Shown: piece after piece, positions 37,589-47,713 of the stretch
Position numbering within the stretch: the first letter of the stretch is position 1
Layout: every line of letters starts with the position of its first letter
Assembly (NCBI GenBank): GCA_034670025.1
Contig: JAXMOE010000003.1
Span: forward strand, 16,708 to 80,707
DNA: 64,000 nt
Source: Chlorobiota bacterium
GTDB taxonomy: Bacteria > Bacteroidota > Ignavibacteria > Kapaibacteriales > UBA2268
Direction of reading: 5' to 3'
Made by a program: the position numbers and the translations under genes
Notes under the pieces: model-generated
What the model was told of the DNA's origin: nothing
Databases searched by the model: none
The model's input: only the letters and a program-made list of their open reading frames with translations

Positions 37589-40000
37589 ATGAAATTATCA
37601 TACAATTGGCTAACAGAATACGTAGAAATACCAGTCACAACCGATGAGTTGGTAGATATACTAACGACTACTGGGCTCGAAGTAGAAGAAGTAACAGACG
37701 ACCGAAAGAAATTTGACGGCTTTTACACAGCACGAATCACAAAAATTGAGCCACACCCCGACGCAGACAAGTTGCAACTCTGTACCGTGGACTCTGCTAA
37801 TGGTGAGCAAACTGTAGTTTGTGGTGCACCCAATGTTAAAGTAGGGCAAAATGTAGTACTGGGAACTGAGGGTGCAACAGTGCCGTCGGCAGGATTCCAA
37901 CTATCAAAGCGTAAGATAAGAGGCGTAGAGTCCAACGGAATGATATGCAGCAAAATGGAGTTAGAACTCGGCGAAGACCACGACGGAATATGGGAATTGC
38001 CCGATGGAGTGGAGCCAAGCCAATCGCTTGCTGATTATTTAGAATTGGACGATGTCATATTTGAAATAGCAATAACCCCCAACAAGGGTGATTGCCTTAG
38101 CCATTACGGTATTGCTCGTGATTTGGCTGCTTACTTTGGTACAAAGGCGAAATTGCCCGACACAGCTCACAATTCAAACGAAACTGATGTTTCTGATTCT
38201 GTAGAAATAGAGATAGAGAACACCGAAGCTTGCCCACGCTATGCAGCAAAAGTTGTACGTGGAGTAAAAGTTGGAGAGTCTCCCGATTGGCTAAAGAAAA
38301 AGCTAACTGCCATTGGGCTTAGACCAATAAACAATGTAGTCGATGCTACTAATTTTGTACTAATGGAGCTTGGGCAACCACTCCACGCTTTTGACTATGA
38401 CTTAGTTGCAGGCAAGAAGATAGTAGTGAAAAATGCTACTGATAAACAGAAATTCACAACCCTCGATGACAAAGAACGCACGTTAGATTCAGAAATGCTA
38501 ATGATATGCGATGCCGAAAAGCCAATTGCTGTAGCAGGAGTTATGGGTGGTGGCAACTCAGAAGTATCGGACGGCACCGTAAATGTACTGATAGAGTCTG
38601 CATACTTTGCACCGAACTCAGTCCGCAGAACAGCCAAAAAGCTCGGCATCAACAGCGATGCTTCGTACAGGTTTGAACGAGGTGTTGACATAGATGCTGT
38701 GGAGTTAGCTGCCAACAGATGTGCTCAGCTATTGGAACAAGTAGCAGGCGGAAGCGTTGAACATGGAATAGTAGACAGCTATCCGAATAAGAAAGAAAAT
38801 ATTACAGTATCACTTAGGTACACCCGAGTAGAAAAAGTAATTGGTATTAAGTTAGAAAAAGCAAAAATAAACGAAATATTAACATCATTGAACTTCAAAT
38901 TAGTAAGTGATAACGATGAAAAAGCAGAATTTGAGATTCCTAACTATAGACACGATATAGAAGCTGAGATTGATTTGATAGAAGAAGTTATCCGTATGTA
39001 TAACTACGATAACTTAACTCCACAGTTCTTCGCTAATGTATCATTCGATTCAAGGAAAATGCCCAAGAAATTGGAAAAGCCACAAAGAAGAGATGAGCTT
39101 CGTCACTTCCTAATCAACGGTGGTTTCAACGAATCGCTAACACAAAACCAGATAGACCCTGCTTCGGCAGAGATATTTACAGAGTCGCCAGTGGTTGTCT
39201 CTAATCCTTTGGGACGTGATTTGTCTATTATGCGTCCGTCACTTATTCCGTCTATGCTCAGAGTAATCAGCAGGAATATAAGATTGGGAACAAGCGACTT
39301 ACAACTGTTTGAAGTTGGAAAATCATTCGAATCGAACGATGATGAAGGCAACACGGTAAAAGGGATAGAAGAGAAAGAAAACTTACTAATAGCTATTACG
39401 GGCAAAGAAGCACCGAGCAATTGGAGCATGAAAAGTACAGAAGTAAGCTATTATAATATAAAAGGTTTATTGGAAAATATAATAGAATTTGCTAAGTTGA
39501 AAAACATAAAGTTTAAGCAAGAAGCAACAGTTGGGTTTGGTGGCAATAGCTGCGGTATATACCAAGGTAAGAGTAAGCTCGGTCACTTCGGTGAGTTGGA
39601 CGTGCGAATACTGAAGCAATACGATGTGGAGCAGCCAGTATTTGCAATCGAATTAGATTTGACCAAGTTATATGAAATAGAAAAAGAGCCAAGCAAGTAC
39701 AACACTGTATCGGCATTCCCTTCTACAAGCCGCGATTTGGCATTTGTACTGGACGAAGGAACAGATGCAGGCAAGATACTGACTTTGATAGAATCGAACG
39801 GTGGCAAATACTTGAAATCTGCTGATATATTCGATGTATATACTGGCGACAATTTGCCAGACGGCAAGAAGAGCGTTGCATACTCTATGGAGTTTGTCTC
39901 CACAGAGCGAACGCTGAAAGATGCTGATATAGATAAGGTAATTGGTAAGTTGGTTAATAATATAGAAAACACCTTCAAAGCACAATTGCGTAAGTCATAA
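37589..40000 (+). CDS. pheT: Phenylalanine--tRNA ligase beta subunit
   Basis: HPDADKL, VVCGAPNV, ITPNKGDCLS, RPINNVVD, SYRFERGVD, DLIEEV, SRDLAF. Confidence 0.98.
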   Translation: MKLSYNWLTEYVEIPVTTDELVDILTTTGLEVEEVTDDRKKFDGFYTARITKIEPHPDADKLQLCTVDSANGEQTVVCGAPNVKVGQNVVLGTEGATVPSAGFQLSKRKIRGVESNGMICSKMELELGEDHDGIWELPDGVEPSQSLADYLELDDVIFEIAITPNKGDCLSHYGIARDLAAYFGTKAKLPDTAHNSNETDVSDSVEIEIENTEACPRYAAKVVRGVKVGESPDWLKKKLTAIGLRPINNVVDATNFVLMELGQPLHAFDYDLVAGKKIVVKNATDKQKFTTLDDKERTLDSEMLMICDAEKPIAVAGVMGGGNSEVSDGTVNVLIESAYFAPNSVRRTAKKLGINSDASYRFERGVDIDAVELAANRCAQLLEQVAGGSVEHGIVDSYPNKKENITVSLRYTRVEKVIGIKLEKAKINEILTSLNFKLVSDNDEKAEFEIPNYRHDIEAEIDLIEEVIRMYNYDNLTPQFFANVSFDSRKMPKKLEKPQRRDELRHFLINGGFNESLTQNQIDPASAEIFTESPVVVSNPLGRDLSIMRPSLIPSMLRVISRNIRLGTSDLQLFEVGKSFESNDDEGNTVKGIEEKENLLIAITGKEAPSNWSMKSTEVSYYNIKGLLENIIEFAKLKNIKFKQEATVGFGGNSCGIYQGKSKLGHFGELDVRILKQYDVEQPVFAIELDLTKLYEIEKEPSKYNTVSAFPSTSRDLAFVLDEGTDAGKILTLIESNGGKYLKSADIFDVYTGDNLPDGKKSVAYSMEFVSTERTLKDADIDKVIGKLVNNIENTFKAQLRKS

Positions 40001-40035
40001 ATTAATTATAATGTTATCAAAATAGAAGATACGAT

Positions 40036-41253
40036 ATGGTAAGTGATTCATTAGTACTAAAAATAAACGAGTTCAAAGAGCTATTGGTCAGCGCGTCTTC
40101 GCAGCTAAGTGAGCTGAAAGCAGAAAACGCTACTCTGAAAGAGAAGAATAATGAGCTGTACCAAACTCTGATGAGCAATGACGATTCGCTTTCGGAAGTG
40201 AAAGACACCGAATCGGAGCTACGCCAAAAAGTAAAGGCACAGGAATACAGAATAGAACAATTGGTAAGTGAAAACCAAACACTCAACGAAGAGATAGAAG
40301 ACAAGGACTTACAAGCAGAAGAAAAAGACGAGAAGGTCGGCGAGATTCAAAGCAAGTTAGACGAATTCAATTCTAAACTGACTGAGCTGGAAGATGAGCT
40401 AACAGACAAAAACAGAAAGCTAAACAACCTGGAAACGAATCAGTATCACTTAAAAAAAGAGTTAGCTGAAAAGAAAGTAACCTTATTGACTGTTGACAAT
40501 ACTATAACAGAGCACAAAGAAGAAAGTGCTAAGCTAAAAAATGAGTTGTACCACGCAAACCAAAAGTTAGAGCAATTCCCTGAGTTAAAGAAAAAAGCTA
40601 AGGAATATGATGAATTTATAGAAGCAGCAAAGACAGACGAAGAAGAATATTTGAAAAATATAGCCGATCTGAAGCAGCTAACCCACTTGTTGGAAGAAGA
40701 GCACGGCAAAGAGAAGAAAATGTTCGAAGCATCTGTTGCAGACAAAGAGCAACAAATAGAGTTGTTAGAGAAAAAGATTGAAGTTCTTAGGGATTCGGAT
40801 ACAAAAGAAGCCAAGAATAAAACACTTGCAGAAGAAATAGCTCAGTTGCAAGAAAAGTTAGACGCTAAAGAAAAAGAGGTCAATGACTTGAATGATGCTG
40901 GCTACGGTGTGTTGGGTCAGACTTTGTTCGGTAGTATGAATTTTGATGATGTTGATGTGAAGCGTGAATCAGGTAAAGTCGGCGAAATGCAAGAGAAAGT
41001 TGACAAAGCCGAGTTTAGAATGAAGCTATTAGTTGATGAAAACCAAGAAATTAAGCAAGAAGTAGATGAGCTAAAAGTTAAGAAAGAAAGCTTAGAAGCA
41101 TTGGTAAAGAAAAGATACAAGCAAATACAGATTTTGGAAGAAGAGCTAAGCAATGCGATTGATTACAAAATGAAAACCAAAGAGAGTCGTCTTAAATTAG
41201 CAGATAGTTTGGAAAAATATCTACACAAAATTGAAAATATCATTGAAAATTAA
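40036..41253 (+). CDS. Long coiled-coil protein in the ZapB position
   Basis: E/K/L-rich heptads throughout; between pheT and zapA. Confidence 0.75.
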   Translation: MVSDSLVLKINEFKELLVSASSQLSELKAENATLKEKNNELYQTLMSNDDSLSEVKDTESELRQKVKAQEYRIEQLVSENQTLNEEIEDKDLQAEEKDEKVGEIQSKLDEFNSKLTELEDELTDKNRKLNNLETNQYHLKKELAEKKVTLLTVDNTITEHKEESAKLKNELYHANQKLEQFPELKKKAKEYDEFIEAAKTDEEEYLKNIADLKQLTHLLEEEHGKEKKMFEASVADKEQQIELLEKKIEVLRDSDTKEAKNKTLAEEIAQLQEKLDAKEKEVNDLNDAGYGVLGQTLFGSMNFDDVDVKRESGKVGEMQEKVDKAEFRMKLLVDENQEIKQEVDELKVKKESLEALVKKRYKQIQILEEELSNAIDYKMKTKESRLKLADSLEKYLHKIENIIEN

Positions 41254-41310
41254 AATATTTTTGATATTATAGTATAGTTTACAAAGTGTGAACTTAATAA
41301 AAAGACAAGA

Positions 41311-41601
41311 TTGATGAGAAATACTGTAAAAGTAAAAATTGGAAATAAAGACTACAATTTATCTAACGACGGTAGTGACATAGACATAGTAGAAAGTGTT
41401 GCTAAAGTTAATAAAATGTATGATTTTGTAAGAGAAAATATTTTAAGCCGTTCTGCTTCCGAGCAGGATGTAGCTGCTCTTTCTGCCCTTAACTTGGTAG
41501 AAGAAGCTGAAATTAAAGAAAATAAATACAAAGAGAATTTAGATTACTTGGAAAATGAATTAGAAAATATGTCAAACATACTTAAAGAATCATTATTGTA
41601 A
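41311..41601 (+). CDS. zapA: Cell division protein ZapA
   Basis: VKVKIGNKDYNL...VAKVNKM...VAALSALNL; conserved pheT-zapA-6S-rny context. Confidence 0.85.
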   Translation: MMRNTVKVKIGNKDYNLSNDGSDIDIVESVAKVNKMYDFVRENILSRSASEQDVAALSALNLVEEAEIKENKYKENLDYLENELENMSNILKESLL

Positions 41602-41665
41602 TCTATTCTACTGTATTTACTTACACCACATTTGCTCTTTAGCAGTATAAAATAATATTAAACTC

Positions 41666-41921
41666 GCGTTTACTATCCTTGTCTTACGTAATAGAATCTA
41701 TAACTACTATAATAGGGAATTAGACTTCGATTATTGATATCGGGCCGCAAGGTGCAATCTTTTGATTGTGTTTAATCAGTCTTCGGTTATTTATAGAACT
41801 GAAGAAGGATCGGCGGATTTTAGATATAGTTGAGCTTTTACCCACCGTGTTTGACTTGGGTTCAACACGTCACATTGGTCACAAATGCTTAATGGCTGTG
41901 GCCTTATAGGATAGTAAACGC
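41666..41921 (+). ncRNA. ssrS: 6S RNA
   Basis: 14-bp closing stem GCGTTTACTATCCT/AGGATAGTAAACGC; CCCACC...GGGTTCAA segment; canonical position between zapA and rny. Confidence 0.75.
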
Positions 41922-41971
41922 TTTTATTTTTTTTATACTCTCATCATGCTAATACATTACATGGAGAACAA

Positions 41972-43540
41972 ATGGACGACTCAATGATGCTGGCTATCGG
42001 CATAGGTATTGCAATAGCTGCCGTTTTAGGTGCAGTGGCTTACTTAGGCGGTAAAAAAGCAGGCGACAAGAAAATAGCCGAGGCAGAAGCCAAAGCCAAA
42101 GACATAATCGATAAGACTTACCAAAAATCTAATAGAATAAAGAAAGAGAAGAAATTAGAGCTGAAAGATGAGTGGCGTAAGAAAAAGCAAGAGTTCGACG
42201 ACACTTACAAATCGAAAAAAGAAGAGCTAAGGATAAAAGAAACTGCTGTTCAGACAAGAGAGAAAGGAATAGATGATAAGTTGGATATAATTCTGAAGAA
42301 AGAGAAAAACCTCCACAACTTTGAACAAGACTTAAAAAGAAAAGATAAGCACCTAAGCGAAAAAGAAAAGAAAACTGATCAGATGTTTGATGAAATGACG
42401 CAAAAGTTAGAGCAAGTTTCGGGAATGTCAAGAGAAGAAGCAAGGAAAAAAATATACGAGGAGTTGGCTACAACGGTCAAAAAACGCTCTGCACAGAAGC
42501 TAAATCAGATTAGAGAAGATTATAAGCTAAAAGCAAGAAAAGAAGCTGTGAACATAGTTGTTGGAGCTATACAGCGTTCTGCTTCCGATATTGCTATTGA
42601 CAATACTGTATCTGTTGTGCAGTTAGAAAGCGACGATATGAAAGGTAGAATAATTGGGCGTGAAGGACGTAACATACGTGCATTCGAAGCAGCTACTGGC
42701 ATCGATTTGATTATTGATGATACCCCAGAAGCAGTTATCATATCTGGTTATGACCCATTCCGTAGAGAGGTTGCCAAACGTTCTTTGGAAACACTAATGC
42801 TCGATGGCAGAATACACCCTGCTAGAATTGATGAAGTAGTTACTAAAGTAGAAAAAGAATTAGAAGAAGAGATAGTAGAAGTAGGGCAAAAAGCATTGCT
42901 CGACCTCGGTCTGTCGAATATGAAATCGGGATTAGTTTACCACGTTGGTAAAATGAAGTATCGTTCGAGCTACGGTCAGAACTTGCTGAATCACTCTATT
43001 GAGGTTGCAAATATCTGTGGTATTATGGCTGCACAATTGGACTTAGATGTCAACACTGCCAAAAGAGCTGCATTGCTCCACGATATTGGTAAGTGTGCTC
43101 CTAAGGAAATGGAAGGACCACATGCAATGGTTGGTATGGAATTGGCAATGAAATACAAGGAAAAGCCAATTATCTGTAATGCAATTGGTGCTCACCACGA
43201 AGATATAGAAATGGAATCTCCAATTGCCGTATTGGTACAAGCTGCCGATTCGATAAGTGGAGCCAGACCTGGTGCAAGACGTGAATCTCTTGAGAATTAC
43301 ATAAAAAGATTAGAGAAATTAGAATCGATTGCTAATCAGTGGGATGGCGTTGTTAAAACTTACGCTATTCAAGCTGGTCGTGACCTTAGGGTTATAGTAG
43401 AACCGTCGAAAGTGAGCGATGCTACTGCTGACGAAATGGCTGACGACATAGCAAGCAGAATCCAAGAGGATATGGAATATCCAGGACAGATTCAAGTTAC
43501 TGTTATTCGCGAAAAACGTTCTGTGGCTATGGCGAAGTAA
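41972..43540 (+). CDS. rny: Ribonuclease Y
   Basis: N-terminal TM, coiled coil, KH MKGRIIGREGRNIR, HD LLHDIGK, AADSISGARPGARRE. Confidence 0.98.
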   Translation: MDDSMMLAIGIGIAIAAVLGAVAYLGGKKAGDKKIAEAEAKAKDIIDKTYQKSNRIKKEKKLELKDEWRKKKQEFDDTYKSKKEELRIKETAVQTREKGIDDKLDIILKKEKNLHNFEQDLKRKDKHLSEKEKKTDQMFDEMTQKLEQVSGMSREEARKKIYEELATTVKKRSAQKLNQIREDYKLKARKEAVNIVVGAIQRSASDIAIDNTVSVVQLESDDMKGRIIGREGRNIRAFEAATGIDLIIDDTPEAVIISGYDPFRREVAKRSLETLMLDGRIHPARIDEVVTKVEKELEEEIVEVGQKALLDLGLSNMKSGLVYHVGKMKYRSSYGQNLLNHSIEVANICGIMAAQLDLDVNTAKRAALLHDIGKCAPKEMEGPHAMVGMELAMKYKEKPIICNAIGAHHEDIEMESPIAVLVQAADSISGARPGARRESLENYIKRLEKLESIANQWDGVVKTYAIQAGRDLRVIVEPSKVSDATADEMADDIASRIQEDMEYPGQIQVTVIREKRSVAMAK

Positions 43541-43567
43541 GATAGATTAAGATTAGATTTATAATTA

Positions 43568-43603
43568 AAGCAAATGGATGAAAATTCATTTGCTTTTTTT
43601 TTT
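43568..43603. terminator. Terminator between convergent rny and ABC operon
   Basis: AAAGCAAATG...CATTTGCTTT plus T-run. Confidence 0.75.
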
Positions 43604-43608
43604 GAGTT

Positions 43609-44280
43609 TTAACTGATTATCACACCGTCTTCCATTTCTATTATTCTATCAGTTTTGTCGGCAAAGTCTTTGTCATGAGTTACTACCAGTAGGGACATGT
43701 TTTTTTCTTGGCTCAAATCTTTGAATATATTAAATACATTTTCCGAATTTTTACTATCCAAATTCCCTGTCGGTTCGTCACCCATTATTATATCTGGGTC
43801 ATTGATTAGTGCCCTTGCTATTGATACTCTTTGCTTTTGTCCACCCGAAATCATACTTGCTTTTTTCAAAGCTTGGTCCTTTATTCCAAGTAAATCCAAT
43901 TTTTCATAAGCATCTTTTTTAATCTCTTTGTCTGATTTTAGAGCTAATTTTCTGGCTGGTAGCATTACATTATCTAACACAGTAAATTCAGGGAGTAAAT
44001 AGTGGAATTGGAATACAAAACCAATATGTTTGCTTCTCAATACTGCAAGTTCCCTCTGCTTTTTACCCGATACTTTTTCACCAGAAAGATACAAATCGCC
44101 TGTGTAGTCGGTGTCCATAGTCGATAGAATATAGAGCAATGTAGATTTGCCACATCCCGATTTGCCCATAATCGAGACAAACTCACCAAAGTCAATGTTG
44201 AGACTGATGTCTTTCAGTACATGGAACTCTACTGGCTTGTGGAAATATTTGTTGATATTATTGGATTTAAGTACTGACAT
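43609..44280 (-). CDS. ABC transporter ATP-binding protein (LolD/MacB-like)
   Basis: GKSGCGKST, ISGGQKQRVSIARAL, DEPTGNLD. Confidence 0.93.
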   Translation of the reverse strand: MSVLKSNNINKYFHKPVEFHVLKDISLNIDFGEFVSIMGKSGCGKSTLLYILSTMDTDYTGDLYLSGEKVSGKKQRELAVLRSKHIGFVFQFHYLLPEFTVLDNVMLPARKLALKSDKEIKKDAYEKLDLLGIKDQALKKASMISGGQKQRVSIARALINDPDIIMGDEPTGNLDSKNSENVFNIFKDLSQEKNMSLLVVTHDKDFADKTDRIIEMEDGVIIS

Positions 44281-45543
44281 TTATTGGCCTCTTATTATTT
44301 CTACTGGGTCTATGTTTTCAGCTTTGCGAGCAGGCAAATAGCCAGCAAGAAAAGTAGAGATAACCGCAAAAACAATGGCTATAATATAAAACATTGGGTC
44401 ATAGTTAATTGGGTAGGTTTTGATAGTAGGCAAAGCTTCTGTTTCAAAGCTGGTCATATCAATAGCCAACGAACCCAAATACCCCACTAATAGTCCAATA
44501 ATACCTCCCACTAATCCAATTATAAGAGCTTGGCTGATGAATATTCTCTTTACGTCTGCACCAGTAAATCCAACGGCTTTCAATATAGCTATATCGTTCA
44601 TTTTTTCATATATCAACATATTCAATATATTATATATACCAAAGCCCGCAACAATGAGTAATGTGATGGAAACAGCATAGGTAATTAAATTTCTAATCTC
44701 GCTACCTGTGTCAAACTGAGCATTGGCAGTTTGTATATCTACTGCACTTAGGTTGTAATTTCGTTCTATGTTTTCGGCTATTGTAGGAGATTTATTCAAA
44801 TCGTACAGCTTTACATTAATATCAGTTATGTAATTCCTTCCTTTCCCCAATAGTTTCTGTGCTGTTGATAGGTTCACATAGCTTTGCACATTGTCAACCT
44901 CAGATAATCCACTCTGGTAAAGACCTACTACTTTCAGTGGTAGCGAAGTGCCGTTGGATGCCATTATATTAACCTTGTCTCCTATACTCAGTGACATTTT
45001 CTTGGCCACACCAGCACCCAACAGTATTCCATTCTTATTCTTAGTTAGTTCTTTGGTAGTGCTGCCCACTACGTAATCACCAAAGTTGAATAGTTTTGCT
45101 TCTTCCGAGGGGTTTATTCCTCTGATAGAGCCATTGAACTGAATGGAGCCAGCCACATAAAACGCCATTGCTGATGTTTGAGAGGTTACTCCTTTGACCA
45201 TCTTATCCTTCTTCAGGTTAGCTATAAGTGGCAAAGCGTCGTGTATTTTCTCTAAGCTTACTTTCGGTTTTATAGACTTAATCACATTAAAATTATTCTC
45301 AAATAATTCGGATTTGTCTATTGGCTGAGTGTCACTTGGTTCTATCTCGTTGAATATATGAATGTGGGGTGTCCTGTTGAGTACCAACCCATCGAGTAAC
45401 CCATTGAGCCCCGTCATGAAACCCATCATAATTATGAATGTACTAATGCCAAACATAACCCCCAGTGCAGCTACTGAAGTTTGTTTGAACCTAGTTAACA
45501 GATGAGTTCTGGTTATACTCAATATGATTTTGAGGTTTCTCAT
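44281..45543 (-). CDS. ABC transporter permease (FtsX/LolE/MacB-like)
   Basis: Four-TM layout; EKMNDIAILKAVG, YLPARKAENIDPVEIIRG. Confidence 0.92.
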   Translation of the reverse strand: MRNLKIILSITRTHLLTRFKQTSVAALGVMFGISTFIIMMGFMTGLNGLLDGLVLNRTPHIHIFNEIEPSDTQPIDKSELFENNFNVIKSIKPKVSLEKIHDALPLIANLKKDKMVKGVTSQTSAMAFYVAGSIQFNGSIRGINPSEEAKLFNFGDYVVGSTTKELTKNKNGILLGAGVAKKMSLSIGDKVNIMASNGTSLPLKVVGLYQSGLSEVDNVQSYVNLSTAQKLLGKGRNYITDINVKLYDLNKSPTIAENIERNYNLSAVDIQTANAQFDTGSEIRNLITYAVSITLLIVAGFGIYNILNMLIYEKMNDIAILKAVGFTGADVKRIFISQALIIGLVGGIIGLLVGYLGSLAIDMTSFETEALPTIKTYPINYDPMFYIIAIVFAVISTFLAGYLPARKAENIDPVEIIRGQ

Positions 45544-46626
45544 CTATTCTGGTATTTTTATTTTTGTGTCAATGTTTATGCCATCCAATATTTCTACACT
45601 CTGCATATTTCGTTTTCCAACTTTTACTGTTGACATGCTGTCTTTTGTTTGTACTGTGTTCGATTCAGTCAAGTATTCTACTGGTATAGTCATAACGTCT
45701 TTTTTAGTTTCTATGACTATGTTTGCTTCTCCAGCGAGCCCAGCGTAGAGTTTTTTGGGCATTTCAGTAAACTCTGCTTCTACTATGAATGATAAGGTTT
45801 TCTGATTTTTAAGAGGATAAATCTTAGTGATTTTGCCTTCATAAGTGTTGTCAGAATAGGCATCCAATGAGATAATTACCAATTGATCTAACTCTATTTT
45901 GGATATATCAACCTCGTCCACTTCCATTGAAACTACAAAATCTTTTGTTTTGCCAAGCATTGCCAATGGCTCTTGGGTAGTGATTATTTCGCCTACTTCT
46001 TTACTTAGTGAATAGACGGTGCCATCAATTTTGGACTTTATGACAAAATCATCCAAATCGAGTTGTGTTCTTTCTAATCTGTTTTGCGATTGTTTGTAGT
46101 TTGTTCTCAATTCATTTTTTAGCTGTTTACGTTTGTTGAGCAAAGATTTGTGTTTGTTTTTGCTCACATCGTAGGCCAACTTAGCTGATTCGAGTGTTGA
46201 CTTACTTCCAACGCTTTTCTTATACAATCTATCTCTTCTCATATATTCAAGCGAGTCTTGGGATAATTTTTCTTGACTCGAACGAATCTCGTTTTCCAAA
46301 TTTTCTAACTCAGAGTAACTACCTTTGTACTTGCTTTTGGCTAATTCCAGATTGAGTTGAGCATTCTGATTTTCTATTCCTGCTTTGTCCGAAGTTATTA
46401 TAGCAATAGAGTCCCCTATATTTACCTCTTCGCCTTCTTCCACATATATTTTGTTTATTATACCTGGAGTTATAGTGAATACATTATACTTTTCTTTTGG
46501 CTCTACTATTACGGTAGCATAGACCGAAATGGTAAGGTCTTGTTTTTCAGGAGTTATATATTCGCCCTCGTTGCTACAACTGAGCGCAAGGAAGGTTAGT
46601 ATAATTAGTAAGTAATTTGTTCGCAT
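45544..46626 (-). CDS. Efflux periplasmic adaptor (membrane fusion protein)
   Basis: Lipobox ALSC; lipoyl halves IYVEEGEEV and IKSKIDGTV; VDEVDISKI. Confidence 0.88.
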   Translation of the reverse strand: MRTNYLLIILTFLALSCSNEGEYITPEKQDLTISVYATVIVEPKEKYNVFTITPGIINKIYVEEGEEVNIGDSIAIITSDKAGIENQNAQLNLELAKSKYKGSYSELENLENEIRSSQEKLSQDSLEYMRRDRLYKKSVGSKSTLESAKLAYDVSKNKHKSLLNKRKQLKNELRTNYKQSQNRLERTQLDLDDFVIKSKIDGTVYSLSKEVGEIITTQEPLAMLGKTKDFVVSMEVDEVDISKIELDQLVIISLDAYSDNTYEGKITKIYPLKNQKTLSFIVEAEFTEMPKKLYAGLAGEANIVIETKKDVMTIPVEYLTESNTVQTKDSMSTVKVGKRNMQSVEILDGINIDTKIKIPE

Positions 46627-46920
46627 TGTTTTCTATTGTTTTGTTATGTGGCTACTATAAAGTTAACAAATATCTCTGATTTGGAGCTTATTAATTCAAT
46701 TAATTTTTGCTCATTATTTAAAAATTACAATTTAAAATAAACAAAATCAACCACAACAATAGGAAAACCCATAAGGTCAGCACAAGACAATAGTGTAATA
46801 CCTTTAAGTGATTGGGTAGTAACTATGCTCTTAGTAGAATTTTCTTAGGTGAGTTCACTTATATTTCACTACCTATAAACAGACTCTGTTTTTTATAATT
46901 TGGAGGTTTATATCCTTTTG

Positions 46921-47124
46921 CTAATCATCTTTTTTAATCTTAATTGGCTTTAATTGCTTCATAAAATCGTCTATATATTTATCATCAATAAATATAAGTA
47001 AAACAGCAATCACAAATAAGGGGATAAGGAAAGTGGTATCAACATTAAGCGTTATAGCCAACAGCCCACTAATTGAGCTAGCTATCAACAAATAAATGCC
47101 TATATGTCTTAATTTTGGTATCAT
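46921..47124 (-). CDS. Small membrane protein
   Basis: Two hydrophobic helices, 67 aa. Confidence 0.5.
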   Translation of the reverse strand: MIPKLRHIGIYLLIASSISGLLAITLNVDTTFLIPLFVIAVLLIFIDDKYIDDFMKQLKPIKIKKDD

Positions 47125-47218
47125 TGTATATATATACGGACAATTACTGCAAATAGTTTACTAATTAGTCCGTATTAGCTATTGATAAAAATTATTATAA
47201 ATATCTGGAGATAACATT

Positions 47219-47665
47219 ATGGGTGTTGAAAAAATAACACTTATTATTCTGCACTTACTTGGTGCATCTGTTTGGTTAGGTGGGCTTCTTATTTTTGTTA
47301 TTGGTGTGCTCCCTAAAGCAAATAAGGCACAAAGCATTGTACCAACAAGAAATTATGAGAATGCGTTCCACATTGCAGGTATGGTAGCACTAACATTGCA
47401 ATTCCTAACTGGGTTCCGATTAGCAATGATCTATGTTGGTGGAATGAAAGGATTATTTGACTTCAGTAATCACGGTGCAGTTTTATTCTTATGGAAATTA
47501 GTGCTGATACTGATCAGTATGGCAGTGTTCGTAATATTTAAGAAAAAACTAAAAGCTGCAAAAGACGATGACCCTTGCTCTGTTTCTCCTTTCGTTGTTA
47601 CTTTATTAGTTTTAGCACTAGGACTTATGGTATTAGGATTAGGATTTAGTCGTGGGATTGTATAA
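47219..47665 (+). CDS. CopD-like membrane protein
   Basis: LHLLGASVWLGG, LQFLTG, KLVL; GGAG RBS. Confidence 0.75.
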   Translation: MGVEKITLIILHLLGASVWLGGLLIFVIGVLPKANKAQSIVPTRNYENAFHIAGMVALTLQFLTGFRLAMIYVGGMKGLFDFSNHGAVLFLWKLVLILISMAVFVIFKKKLKAAKDDDPCSVSPFVVTLLVLALGLMVLGLGFSRGIV

Positions 47666-47713
47666 GTTAACTCAATACAATTAGTTAAACTTCAAAAAAT
47701 AAGGGTTGCCGAA

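Noticed and set aside
37661-43240. Numerous short antisense ORFs within pheT, the coiled-coil gene and rny (similar ones occur across the window)
   Set aside because: Shadow frames of well-supported genes with no recognisable motifs.
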